From positions 496,001 through 560,000 of the forward strand of contig CT867985.1 in NCBI GenBank assembly GCA_000165425.1: DNA of 64,000 bases, in the 5' to 3' direction. Origin of the DNA: Paramecium tetraurelia (Eukaryota). Every line of letters begins with the position of its first letter. Within the stretch, counting starts at the first letter, position 1. Below are positions 12,101-24,176 of this stretch, piece by piece. Both the position numbers and the translations under genes were made by a program. Below the pieces are notes generated by a model, which did no database searches, had not been told where the DNA came from, and saw only the letters and a list, made by a program, of their open reading frames with translations.

Positions 12101-15100
12101 ATAATCTTCTAATTCAACACCATAAACAGTAAATTAATAGTATGTCTTATATAATTATCGATAATTTTAACGTTCCTCTTTGAAGAAATCGTAATACATG
12201 TAAGATGAATCACAATAAACAAATTGAGTAAAGGTTAAGGTCTTGATGCATTTATCATACTTCTAACATTTATAAGGTGTTTTAAAGAATGGGTGAAAAT
12301 TAATTTCATTTTTGTATTAGATATTGTACTTTATATCTTCATCGGATTGTTATATCTCCTGATCAAAACTGTAACATAAATTAGTGTATTTCGAGTCATT
12401 TGTAATAAAAGGGTTTAAGTAGCTTATTTATGAAACATCTCTTGATTCACAGGCTTTACAAAATACAACGCATTCTTGACATACAGTCAAATCCTTTTAA
12501 TTTGTACTTCTCTATTTATTATATAAAGCATTATTGCATTAAAAACATCGAGGTGATTAGGGTTAAGTGGTTGAAGAATAATAGTCATTTATAATTTAAC
12601 AATTACTGCAGTCTTATCCACAATTCTTAAAGCACTCGTTCTAATATAAAAAACTATCAGAAAAACAACTAGTGCATACAATTTCAAAATTTTTGGTATT
12701 AAAATTTAGACCATATTATTCGAAATAATGGTCTTCATTAGAATTTACAAAGTATTTATAAAATGCTTTAATATCCCATTTCCAAAAATCCTCATGATTT
12801 TTGTTCTATTATTGACAAGTCTTGCAAGTGAGAGGACATTATTTACATTGCCCAGTTGTGATAGATGAATAATATCCATCACTACACTTTATGCAAAAAC
12901 CATCAGTATTAATGTAATTGAGAATGCATTATTCACAAAAGGATATTGTAAGACATTCTGTTTATTATATTCCCACTAGAGGAGTTAGACTTTTAATACA
13001 AATAGACTTACCAAAATCTTTAGTAATGATGCCAAAAGAACATTTAACATCATTATTAAGCTATTCTTCGCATTAATTAGTTTGAAAGTTGAAGTACATA
13101 TTCTAATTACATTAGGCACAACCAATTTTAATTAACTCTTATTGAATATTTTCCATGAAGGGTTCATAATCTAGAGTTGTGTAGTACTTGTCATCTGATT
13201 AATAATATTAGAAACAATATTAGCAATCTTTGATATTGCAAATTGCACAATTTAATTTATCAAATGAGATAAAGTAACCTTGATTATTTATACAATAAAG
13301 ACATTTTGATTATATGCACTTTGCACAATATTAACCACAATCATAACATTATTATTCAGACCAATATTAGTTGCTTAAACAATCAGTCTCAAACATGCAA
13401 ATCTCTTTATTGTTTTCAAGCATACAATTATGACATAATCCGCATTTTTAACAATTACCATCTTTTCTCAATGTATACCCAATAAAACAGACTTAACAAC
13501 TAGAATCAATTAGACATCCTGAACATCCCTCCATACATTTTTTACATTTTCCATTTTAGTCTCTGTAATAACCAAACTTGCAACCATATGTATATTCTCC
13601 TTAAATTAATTTAAGTTAACTCTTCCCGAATTCATCTTAAACTATTTTGAATACTTCTTATTGCTAAGCTCCTCTAATTACTTTTTGATAGATAAATTAT
13701 TTTGATTTATCCAAAACTTTAAAATCATAACTGCAAATTAACGCAGATGAAAAAATTTCAGGAGCAAGTACGCAATCTCCGCATTCTATAGATTCATCTA
13801 ATATTTCAAAGTTCAATCTCGGACACATAAGACATTCATTGCCAGCCAAAAAATAACCATAATCACATTAAATGTTATCCTCATTACAAGTGAAATATCC
13901 AACTTTATCGCACTTTCTCTCATACTCATCAATTACCAAATTCCCCATTGTTTCTTCCAGAGCTTTATAATCACAAATTAATTTACTTTAACAGGTTTCT
14001 CTATCTGCTACTTCAACGTATCCATATGCACATTGACATCGTTTTTATTCTTCAGAATATAATCTATGACTCTCACTGTTGCAACTTAAACAATTTGAGG
14101 ATGAAATACCATCACAAGTCTTACATGAAAAGTGACATTTTATTTTAAACTATACATCTACTGGATAACAATAGATAGAGAATGACCAGTCACTTAAAAA
14201 TCCAGAAAACTAATTAGAAACAAAGTCATCACCACCTATAAAGTAATAAAATTTGCTATTTGTAAAATGATTGATCTATTTATTCCATTTCCATTGTTAT
14301 TTCTAATTTAGAAATGCAAAGTACATCGTAAACAATGGCTATCCATTATTAGTTTTGGTTCCTACCTCATACTAAAAATAGTGCCAATATATTATTGCCT
14401 CACTATATTGTTTACCCATTATAGTTATTTTATCTAGATCATCATGGTAATAAGTTTCCTCGATTATTGGAAATTTATAACTATTTAGAGACACCGTAAA
14501 TCCATTCTGATCTTAAATGATGTTTTGATGATAAACGATATATATCAAACGATCTCCATACTACTTATCATTAAAATATTAATATCGAGTTGTCACTCTT
14601 AATAACACTGTATCCAATTATTAAATTGACTCAATCTTATTTAACTTTACCCAACCTTGTATCACATATCCTACTTTGTGTAGTTCATTTGATAATGTCT
14701 ATCCTGATACAATCTTATTCTTTTTGAATTCCTGATTATAACCTACCAGGGACTATTGTCCTTCTATACAAAATTAAAACAATGGACAGTCTGTATTATA
14801 TTATTCCAAATTAGTAAATATATCACTAAAAAATGTAATGAATATAGATCCCAGCTTCCCAGGAAAATTTTTATATTTTACAACTTCAGACCCTTCAATG
14901 TTCTAAAAGGTTCCAAAATTTCTTTAGAAAGTCTTCTTCCCATATGAAATTGAACCAATATGTTACTTAGAAAATATCACTTTTGTTCTTGAATTAAAGA
15001 GATAAATAATTATTTATTTGGATGCTTAATCAACATAATAGTATAATAAGTGCCAATCGCCTTCAAGATTTGAAGTATCTAATAGTTACTCAAATACATA

Positions 15101-15504
15101 AGATTGAGTTTACAACTAAAATACTCCTTTTAATTTAATTTGTTCCAAATCTGCATCTATATCTAAATAAAATATTATTGAGTATTCAGTAGATTCAGCG
15201 TTTTCCACAATATATAGGAGATAATTCATTTATTTAATAACAAATGATTAAGATGCTAAATATTTAGATCAATTTCATACTCAAAGACTCAGAATTTGGT
15301 AAATAATTAAACCAAAAACCAATTCCTAATTTTTCCAAAAACTAAAACATTGATGTATCAACAGGGACCCATTATATGTTGGAATCAAAAATGTAATTCC
15401 AGTAATTAGAATTTTCATAATAGGGACAGTATGCAAATATTTATCTATCATATGGTACAGCTTTACTTCAATAGTACTAAACAATTGATTAGAGTCAAAA
15501 TCAT
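6160..15504 (-). CDS. Giant (~3100 aa) Cys-rich / parallel beta-helix multi-pass membrane protein of a common ciliate family
   Basis: Signal-like start MILTLINCLVLL, 22-nt intron, CxxC repeats (~12400-14100), GGAFYI/GGCFYI/GGAIY/GGGLY repeats, GYWR, GHIGALCEQCD, C-terminal TM block with WGYLYNEY..YWETLK. Confidence 0.8.
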
Positions 15505-15894
15505 AATAAAATATATTATATTAAATATATAAATAATATAGGTTTTAGGAAAATGAATGAACACTATTCTTAAATAAAAGTTTTGCATAATTTTCAAATA
15601 ATAGTTAAAGTTAAAGTTCATCTTCAACTAAATTAAGATTTTTCTTTTATTTTTATAAATTTCAATTAATTATAAAGAAGAAATTTAAAATGAGTAAAGA
15701 TTTGCTTCTTAATTACATTGATAGCTAAAGCAAAAAGGCTTAATATTTTTATGTTATAAACTCTCCAACATAAATTTAACGATTCAAAGCACTCCCATTA
15801 TGAATCTACTCCAAAAGTATGTAGAATGCTTTTCATTTTGTTGAGAATGAATTTAAAAAAAAAGATAATATTTATTTTTTGTATTAAACATTAA

Positions 15895-16617
15895 TCAACC
15901 TCCCAAAAGAAAGTTTGCTGCTTATTCTTCATCATATCCAAATCTGAGGAGAGCTTCCTAGTACATTTAATTACAATTCTTACCTTAACTACGCCGACTT
16001 CAAAACCTAAATTGACTAAATTTTACACCTTCTCCTCTTATTTATTTTTTGAAGCATAATTTTATGTCCATTCTCTATGAAATTATTGAATAACATACTT
16101 TGCTGTTTTAACATATAAATCTTTTTAGGTTTTGAATTGGTTGGCAACTACAGCATCTTGAGGGGAATCTAATTTATGTATTAGAAAATTCATTACCTGG
16201 TTAAGGATCACACAATAATGCCTAAAGTGACAGCAAAGCTGTACGTATTGAAAGGGCAGGTGACCACTCATCTTTTAATATATCCAAACAAATAGCTCCT
16301 GTTTGACTAGATATAGTGATAAAAATTACGAAGAGATGTTAGGATGCCAAATGCGGGTGTCGAACTTCATTTTTGGAGGTTTGTATGGATATTCTGGAGG
16401 AATCACAATGTCTACTTGAAAGTAACCATTAGCATAGGGAGTATCAGATGGCCCATTTATAAAGCCCTTCCAATGAGTGATATTTTAATCAACTAACAAA
16501 ATTGAAATTCCAGAATCTTCTCCCTTAGAAGAATAAATACAAACAGAATACTTTTTTTTCTCTCTCTTTAAAGTCCTGCAATTCCTTATTCAATCGATTA
16601 GTTTATGTTTTTTACAT
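15895..16617 (-). CDS. UBE2K: Ubiquitin-conjugating enzyme E2 with C-terminal UBA (UBE2K/Ubc1-like)
   Basis: [56 protein letters not shown]; small introns. Confidence 0.92.
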
Positions 16618-17195
16618 TAAAATAATTAAATAATGAATATAATCATAAGTAATCCATTTAATTAATCAAAAAACTCATTTCTAAGAATATAATAAAATAG
16701 GACAGTAATTTTGTGCTTTACTTTTTAATTATTCAACTAAATTTAGTCTTTCTATTTCTATTTCCATTACATTATTTTATTTTATGACTTTTAGAATCAC
16801 ATTTAGAATGTAATAGTTACAGTATTCCATATATATTACTATTTTATGAATGATTCAATCATTTATTTTTATTGAAATCACAATAATATGAACATTTTAA
16901 TTGATATACACTAATAAAGTACATTTTAAATTCTCTATTAATTAATTCTGGAGCAGAAATGGCAAGTTAATAAACCCTAATTATTTTTAAAGTATATTAT
17001 ATTTTATTTATTATATTCTCTATGTTGATCATAATATATTTTTGATATGTATATATTATACATAATTGAAAGTATACATCTTAATGAAAAGAAGTTAGTT
17101 TTATAAATAGAAAAAATTTGAATTCTTTTAATAATATAGCTTTTCTTGGTATATAATATTATAGAGTCTTGCTAATTTATCTTGAATTAATTAAA

Positions 17196-18088
17196 ATGTC
17201 TATTGAATACGTGCTTTTAGTTAAACAACAATAGGTTTGCCTATTTAAGATTCCACCGGTTAGCAGTAGCAAGGGTTATTATTTGGATGATTGGAAAGAG
17301 ATGTTTTGGGAAGGTAAAATAAAGCTTATAATTAACAGGGGGAATCAAATTAACAGAAAAAGGTGGGTAATTGACTTTATATTTTATCGACAAAAACACC
17401 TCAGCTGTTCAGACCTTCGTAAATTTTCCAGATAATCCATACTAAGCAATTGAGAAAACAGTGGACAGTTAAAGGTAAAGAATTAGTATTTATTATTAGA
17501 GGATACGCAATAAGATTAGTAACTCCAACAGGAGGTCATCAATGGGTTGGGTGTGTGTTTAGAGATAGAAATGATGCGTTTGATTTCAACGAAAAGATAT
17601 TGAAATTCATATCAGATCGAGAAATGGAAAGAAACCCAGAGAAATTTAAAAATGAATTCCAACCTTCATAAGACTTTAGTTTGAAGTAAGGATAGAAAAT
17701 CTAAATATCTTTGGGAGAAGGAAATCAATAAAAGAAGTAAACATAGTAAAAAGGGTAAACTAATTTGTCTGAATTTAAATTTGCACCTCCACCTGATGCA
17801 GGCGATTTTGGTTAATTTTCATAGCCAGTTCAACAACAACCAACTCAATCAGTGTAGAATAGTTGGGGTAATTTTGATTTCAACTCTTGGAATCAACCCA
17901 GCGTACCATAGCAGAACACATTCTAACAGGCTCCTCCATAATAATAATAATCATTTGGATTCGGATAACAATATCAATCATAGCCTCAATAATAATTTAA
18001 TCCCTAGTCTTAGGCATTTACAAACTAATCATAACCATAATAATAAAATTAGGCAAAGACAAAGGAATTGAATTTATTAGATTTATGA
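17196..18088 (+). CDS. NECAP: NECAP (adaptin ear-binding coat-associated protein)
   Basis: FKIPP..GYYLDDW, EKTVDSQRGYAIRL, GCVFRDRNDAFDFN, DFSLKQGQKIQI; Q/F-rich tail; 2 introns. Confidence 0.85.
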
Positions 18089-18118
18089 ATGCACATAATT
18101 AAATATATTGTCATTATA

Positions 18119-19051
18119 TCATTCTATAATTACCATTTCCTATCCAACTTCAGATAATTCTTATTTTTCAATATCAAACTAATATTTTTTAAGAGCAGCT
18201 AAGATTAATCTATAAAAATGATACGTGTGTTGTTGATTGGGAAATCATAAGGTACTTGCCTTTAATATGATTTTGCATTGTATTATCTAATGTTTCTTTT
18301 ATAATCCACACCATCCTTTGTAATGGCGACAACATCGACATTACTTCCAGATCTAGAAAATCAATAGAAATAACATTTTACCCCATATCATGGAAAATAC
18401 CAGCTTCGATGGCTTCAATAGCGAGATCAATAGCTTACTATTTTGTAAGTCCATCCTAAAACTTGGCTTCTAATATACCCAAAGCAGCAAGTGATCCACT
18501 TCCCATAGATTGGAAAGGATGATAAACATAACTATGTAAATAAGGATGATATTTACTTTCCATGAGGAGACACTGAAGCTAATTAAGGTCCATTGCAATC
18601 TATTCCTCCAATAATCAAAGCTACTCCAATATGACCTCTATAAGGGAAGAGCTTAGAAGTAAGTTTAGTGATGACTTCATTCACTCTACTTTATCTATTT
18701 AGATTTAGTCTTTAGAGTTTGAGTTTGGCATTAAAATGCGCACATTGATGATGTAAATCAGCAGCTGTACCAGCTCCAGCAGCCCAGATGTTTGGAGCTA
18801 GAGTGTGTAATTTTTCACAGTTTTTATCAGCAACTATAGATCCTGCTGTAGCTCTTGTGTCGGCAGCCATCACCACTCCTCCATCAAATAAAACACCGAC
18901 AATTGTTGTTCCTGTTTTTGTGAATGGCATTTCTTTAAATCCTTAAGCTTTCATTAATTCATTTCTTTAACTATAAAATCATTTTTTACCTTTTCACATT
19001 TGTATAATCGTAACCTCCTTTGGATTCAAGATAATTGTCCAAGTATTACAT
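18119..19051 (-). CDS. PSMB7: 20S proteasome subunit beta-2 (PSMB7/Pup1-like)
   Basis: KTG/TTIVG processing site, [28 protein letters not shown]; several small introns. Confidence 0.92.
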
Positions 19052-19095
19052 ATTTATAATATTTAAATTTAATTATTATTATTCAGATTAGGATA

Positions 19096-20559
19096 ATGGA
19101 GGAGCAATTATAATAAATATTCAATTCCAAATACAAAAATAAGACTCTCTACAATCATTTTTGTGAATTGTACTATCAGATGCAAGAGAATAAATATTAT
19201 AATGCAAAAAGTAAACACATCTTTTAATTTAACTAGATTTAGCAGATTTTGAAGATTTGAGTAATTTTATTAAAGAGAACAGATTTTATCATGTTCCACT
19301 CTAATCAGCAGATAAGGTTAATAATTTAAAAGATAAAGCATTCCCATGGTAAGAATATTGTGCTAAATTAATGTAACTTATTCAATTCAAAGTTAAATAA
19401 GTTAATGCCAATATCTAGAATTTTCTAAAATTAAACACCTTATTGAATATCGTTGGGTATGGTGTCAATGATGATGATGCATACGTAATATAATAATGTC
19501 TTAAACAAATTGCATAAAGAGATCCAAATATTTAAAGCGTACGTTTTTGGGGGAAAATACTAGCACAACAAAAGGATTACTTTGTTATTGAAGTTACATT
19601 AAATAAATAAATAAAAGAACCCCAACCTCCTGATTGTGATGAAAAACTAAATGAATATGTACATTATGTCACTTAAGATTGTAATTCTGATTGCATAATA
19701 AATTAGTTTTGGAAGATTGGGCCTTATTGCCATAAATAACACGCAAATAAATGGAAGCCAGTAGATTAATTACTTACGTTTTCAGTGGAGATCTTAACAA
19801 AAACATAATTTAATATCCATACTTTGAAGGGAAAGAAAAACATCTATTGAAAGCTTAAATATTAAGAATAACACACGCCAATTTATTAGCTCCACGAGGG
19901 TTGTATAAATATGACGATGAAACAAAAACAATAGGATTTGAAGAAGAATTCAAGATGCCTGAATCAACTCAATTGGCAACTATGGATGAATGGGTTCATT
20001 TGCCTGCTTATATTTTAAAATAAGGAAGAATTACATTTTATGAAGATCCTTCTTTAAAGGAAGAAGAATTAAATTAGATGAAGGAGTCTGACCCTGAATA
20101 AGAGAGATTAAAATCAATTAAGGATGATAAACGTAATAATTGATAGTTATTGTATAGAATTTGAATAAAATGATGGTAATTGGTTGATTAAAATTTTTGG
20201 AGAAACATAATAATATACTGTCAATTCAGATGAATAATTACCTTTAAGTTATTAAGTAGTCTTGTTGAGAAATTTTTTGTGGCCTGGAGCAGTGACTGTT
20301 AGCAATGTATATATTTAATTGTATAACATCTAAGTCGAATGAATACATAAGTGTTTACTTTGGATATGGGTTGAAGAATCAATAACATTCTTTTAATCCT
20401 TTGGCTCCAAAAGATGTGCAAGAGGATCCTGAAGACATTGATGAAGTTCCTGAACCAAATCCCAGAGAACAGCCAGATGAGTTGGAACCAGATAGTGATG
20501 ATGAAAGAAGAAGAGAATAGGAGAGAAGGGAAGCTGAATTACAATAGTAATAAGAATGA
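19096..20559 (+). CDS. Radial spoke head protein 4/6-like
   Basis: RFWGKILAQQKDYFVIE, FSGDL, FEGKEKHLLKAQILRITHA, WVH, LRNFLWPGA, YFGYGLK, EPNP; 3 introns. Confidence 0.88.
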
Positions 20560-20617
20560 TATATTTATAATATATTTTTGTGTTTTATTTAAAAAAGCTC
20601 TTGGATTTTCTGTTCTT

Positions 20618-22299
20618 TCAATAATTGTGTTGTTGTTGTTGTTATTGTTATTGTTGTTGTTATTATATTTATTATTATACTTATGTTTATTCCTCTTGCT
20701 TTCCAAAGTTCATAATATAAAAATGTTCATTGCGTCTAAAATATTAGTTCAAAATTACTTAAGCCCAATGTTTCCTCCTAAAATCCACAACTATTCCCCG
20801 TTGTAAATATCTGCCGCATGAAAATACCTTGGAGATGGCATTTAACCATATTGAGTAGGAGTAATCCATGTATTGGTTATGAAATCGAATAGATGTAGAT
20901 CATTCAGTCGATTAGATTTGCTATTTCTACCACCGAAAATACAAATTTTAGATTTAATCAAATTGGTTGTATGGCCATATCTTGGTTCAGGAGCAACCCC
21001 TTAAGTTTGGATCTATTGCCATTAAACACTATCAAAGTTCAGCACCCATATATCATTAAAATATTCGTCTTAATTCTTCCCACAAAATATGTACATCTTC
21101 TCATTAACTTAGATGGCAGTATGTCCATATCGTGGAGATGGTTAATTATTAATGTTCAGTTTCACCCATTGCATGTTCTGAATGTTCATATAATAGACAT
21201 CATTGTATATCAATTCGACTTCAAGATCAGGAGATAAATAATATCCACCAAACAGTATTACTAATTCTTCCTAAGCATAAAAAGTTAGACTTGCTCTTTC
21301 TCTCTCAGTCCATTTCTTATCAGTTTTAGCCAAATACCAAGTTTTGGCTGATGTTACATATACAAAATGGTCATTCAATATATTATGTTCATCCACACCA
21401 CCAAAGAATAATATTTTATCTCCATAAGCTAATGCATTATGATAAGCTCTCGGTCTTGGCATTTCTCCTTCAGTTTCTTCTAAATTCAATTAATGATCTC
21501 CAAATGTTAACTTATACATTTCATTTCTACTTGGAGCTCCACCAAATATGTAGAATTAATTCCCAATACTTGTCATTGTATGTCCATATATGTGATCAAA
21601 TGTATGATATAATAAGTCATGTTTCGTCCAATAAACATTATTGAAGTCTAGTTCTTATGATTCCGTTCTATTTATTAACACAACCATGATGTTATTTTTC
21701 CTTCCAAAAGAGTTCATTATGGTTGGCTGGCAACTATCATGAAAGTATTGACTTCCCCTTTTAAAAATGAATTCATAACGCCCTTCTTGCAAATCTACAT
21801 ACGTATAATATTCATCGCATAGTTTGAACTAGTTATATCGCTTTTATAATTTCAGTGGTTAACTCCAATTATCCCATGAACCAATCACTTCCTCAGCTAC
21901 TTCAAACAGTCTTATCAGAGGTTTTGCATTAGATTCAAAGATCTGATACGCTCTTTTAGGAAGCACTTAAATCTGTAATCATTATAAATTTTACCATATT
22001 ATTATATGATCCATGATTGTCATTCACAGTCTCTTGATTCTACAGATATCTCCATTGATTATCTACCAAGAACTTATATTCATATTGTCCAACTGCCAAA
22101 TTTAAAGTGCATTTATTTCCAATTAATTTAGTCCCCACTTAGAAAAGATTCCATGATCCAAATAATAATACATCTATACCTTCATAAGGCCTATTGAATA
22201 TTCACAATAATACCAAATAAATGTTACTGGTTGAGCAGCACAGGGTTATCTAGGATGTATATTTCCACAATCTTAACATCGATTCATGTTAATATTCAT
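20618..22299 (-). CDS. Two CBM48 (AMPK glycogen-binding-like) domains + Kelch propeller + polyQ tail
   Basis: FIWPYEG..FGSWN..GQYEYKFLVDNQW..GSYNN; VIGSWDNW..GRYEFIF..GRKNN; Kelch repeats (PRPRAYH, FFGG, PSPRYGH, PSPRYFH). Confidence 0.8.
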
Positions 22300-22320
22300 T
22301 AAATTATATAAATATATAAA

Positions 22321-23970
22321 TCAAATGGACTGCCAAAAGTTTTATCTTAATTTCAAATTATTTAATTATATCTAGGCCAATCTGTTTATCATCAGTAGAT
22401 ACAATTGATATCTTTCTTTGAAATAACTAAATAGAAATATAACTTATTTTACTTATCAATGTAATAATTTGCATATGACTTTACTAGAATACTCCAAATA
22501 GATTAAATAAGCGAAAATTGAGTTTTTGCAATAGTTAATTCCTCCTATTTAAGTTTTTAACTCATAATCTTCTATTCTAATTTATTCTTCTACTATTCAA
22601 GATCTTTGATATAATTCATGCATTAAGACATAGCATTAGCTTCTCTCTATTCTGTTACGAAATAATCGTAAACATCATTCATTGTATCAATTTACATTTA
22701 TAAACCTCTATCTATGGAATTTGATTTCCTTCTTTAAATGACTTCTTCTGACTACAAATTAAGATGAATCAAATGCAACTCTGGAAGGATATATTTCGAA
22801 AGATAATTGACATTCTTAGAATGATATTCAAATAATTTTTTGATATCTGAAAAATCGTTTACTTTTATTTATTCTAATTTAGACATCAGAAGCGAAAAGT
22901 CATTACATTTTTATCTTTATTATTCGTTAACTGATTCTTTTGTTTCAAATTCTTCAAAATTCTATTTATATCTTAAATCAATTTATTCAAGGCTAATTTG
23001 TTGGGTCATCTCCTTCAATTTATTTTGCACATACTCCATTTCTTAATTGCTATCCTTATTTGTTTTGGTTATAAAAACATTGAATTCCACCGATTATGCA
23101 AAATAAGTTATCTTGGATAATTTCATCAAAAAGTATTCAATGGCCTTCCTAACATTCTCTATGTGTTCATTTGAATAATCCTCGAATGTTGATTTATTCA
23201 TCAAAGGCGGGATATAAACTCCAGGCCTAAACTTTTATTATTCTGTTTATTATACCATCTCAATTGCAATATTTATCGTAATTAAAATACATCTTAAAAT
23301 CTCCTTATCACTTCCTACTCAGTGTTATCTACTATACGAAATTAAACAAATTTATTTGTTAGTCCTTATTATATAATTTATGGATCACAAACTCTATATT
23401 ACTTACCAATATATTCAAACTTACTGTTTTTTTAATTACCTTCGTTTTAGGACAAATATAATTGGTATAACTATGATTAGTATTGTGTTTATTGTTCAAC
23501 CAAAGGAATTATTTGCCACTCCAAAAATTATAATTATTATTTGTATCCTCCAGCTATCGCCCCTAATTGGTAGTTTTATTCCACTTTAAATTCCTTCTTC
23601 TCGCCATCCTTTTATCCTAATTGAATTTATTGCTTATTTGTCTATATTTCTACTCGATTTATGCCAATCTCATTTTAATACCATGTCAATGAAATGATGT
23701 ATTCACTATTATCCAAAACTAACCTTTATTCATTTACTCCAAAAATTTTTGATGATCTATAATCTATTGATTAAAATACCTGTGTTCTTTGCATTTTATG
23801 ACTGATTGAGAGCTAAATGAATAGTAGTAATTTTGAATCCCCAAAATCCCTTAGTTTGTAAAAAAGATCTTCACAGTATGAATTTTATAAGGGATCAATG
23901 ATTATAAATCAATTGAGTCATCAAAATATTTAAGATCTCCTTGTTTGATTCCCAAAATTATAGATTCCAT
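22321..23970 (-). CDS. Sorting nexin: jacalin-like N-terminal domain + PX + Vps5/BAR-like coiled coil
   Basis: PX: VIRRFQDVFQLRQILQLRWPGVYIPPL..IENVRKAIEYFL..SVEFNVF; C-terminus LAQIQLNNLKLRQNFWQSI*; N-terminus FDD..GIQNYY..EYII..TNK..GAIAGG. Confidence 0.75.
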
Positions 23971-24176
23971 AGAAAATTAATTAATAATTGTAAGCATAAA
24001 ATTCAATATTCAAATTCTAAAATTAGAATAGAATTGGATTTACTATGTAGCTAAGTCTTATTTTTAGTTAAAAATCAAATTTTAAAAGACTTTTAGAGAT
24101 AACTTATAAATCGAAATATATATTTTAAACAGATTAAATAAATATGTTCCTTTATTATTTTGTTAAATGAAAAATA

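Noticed and set aside
15690..15803. 37-codon ORF MSKDLLLNYIDSQ..
   Set aside because: Too short, with no recognisable motif
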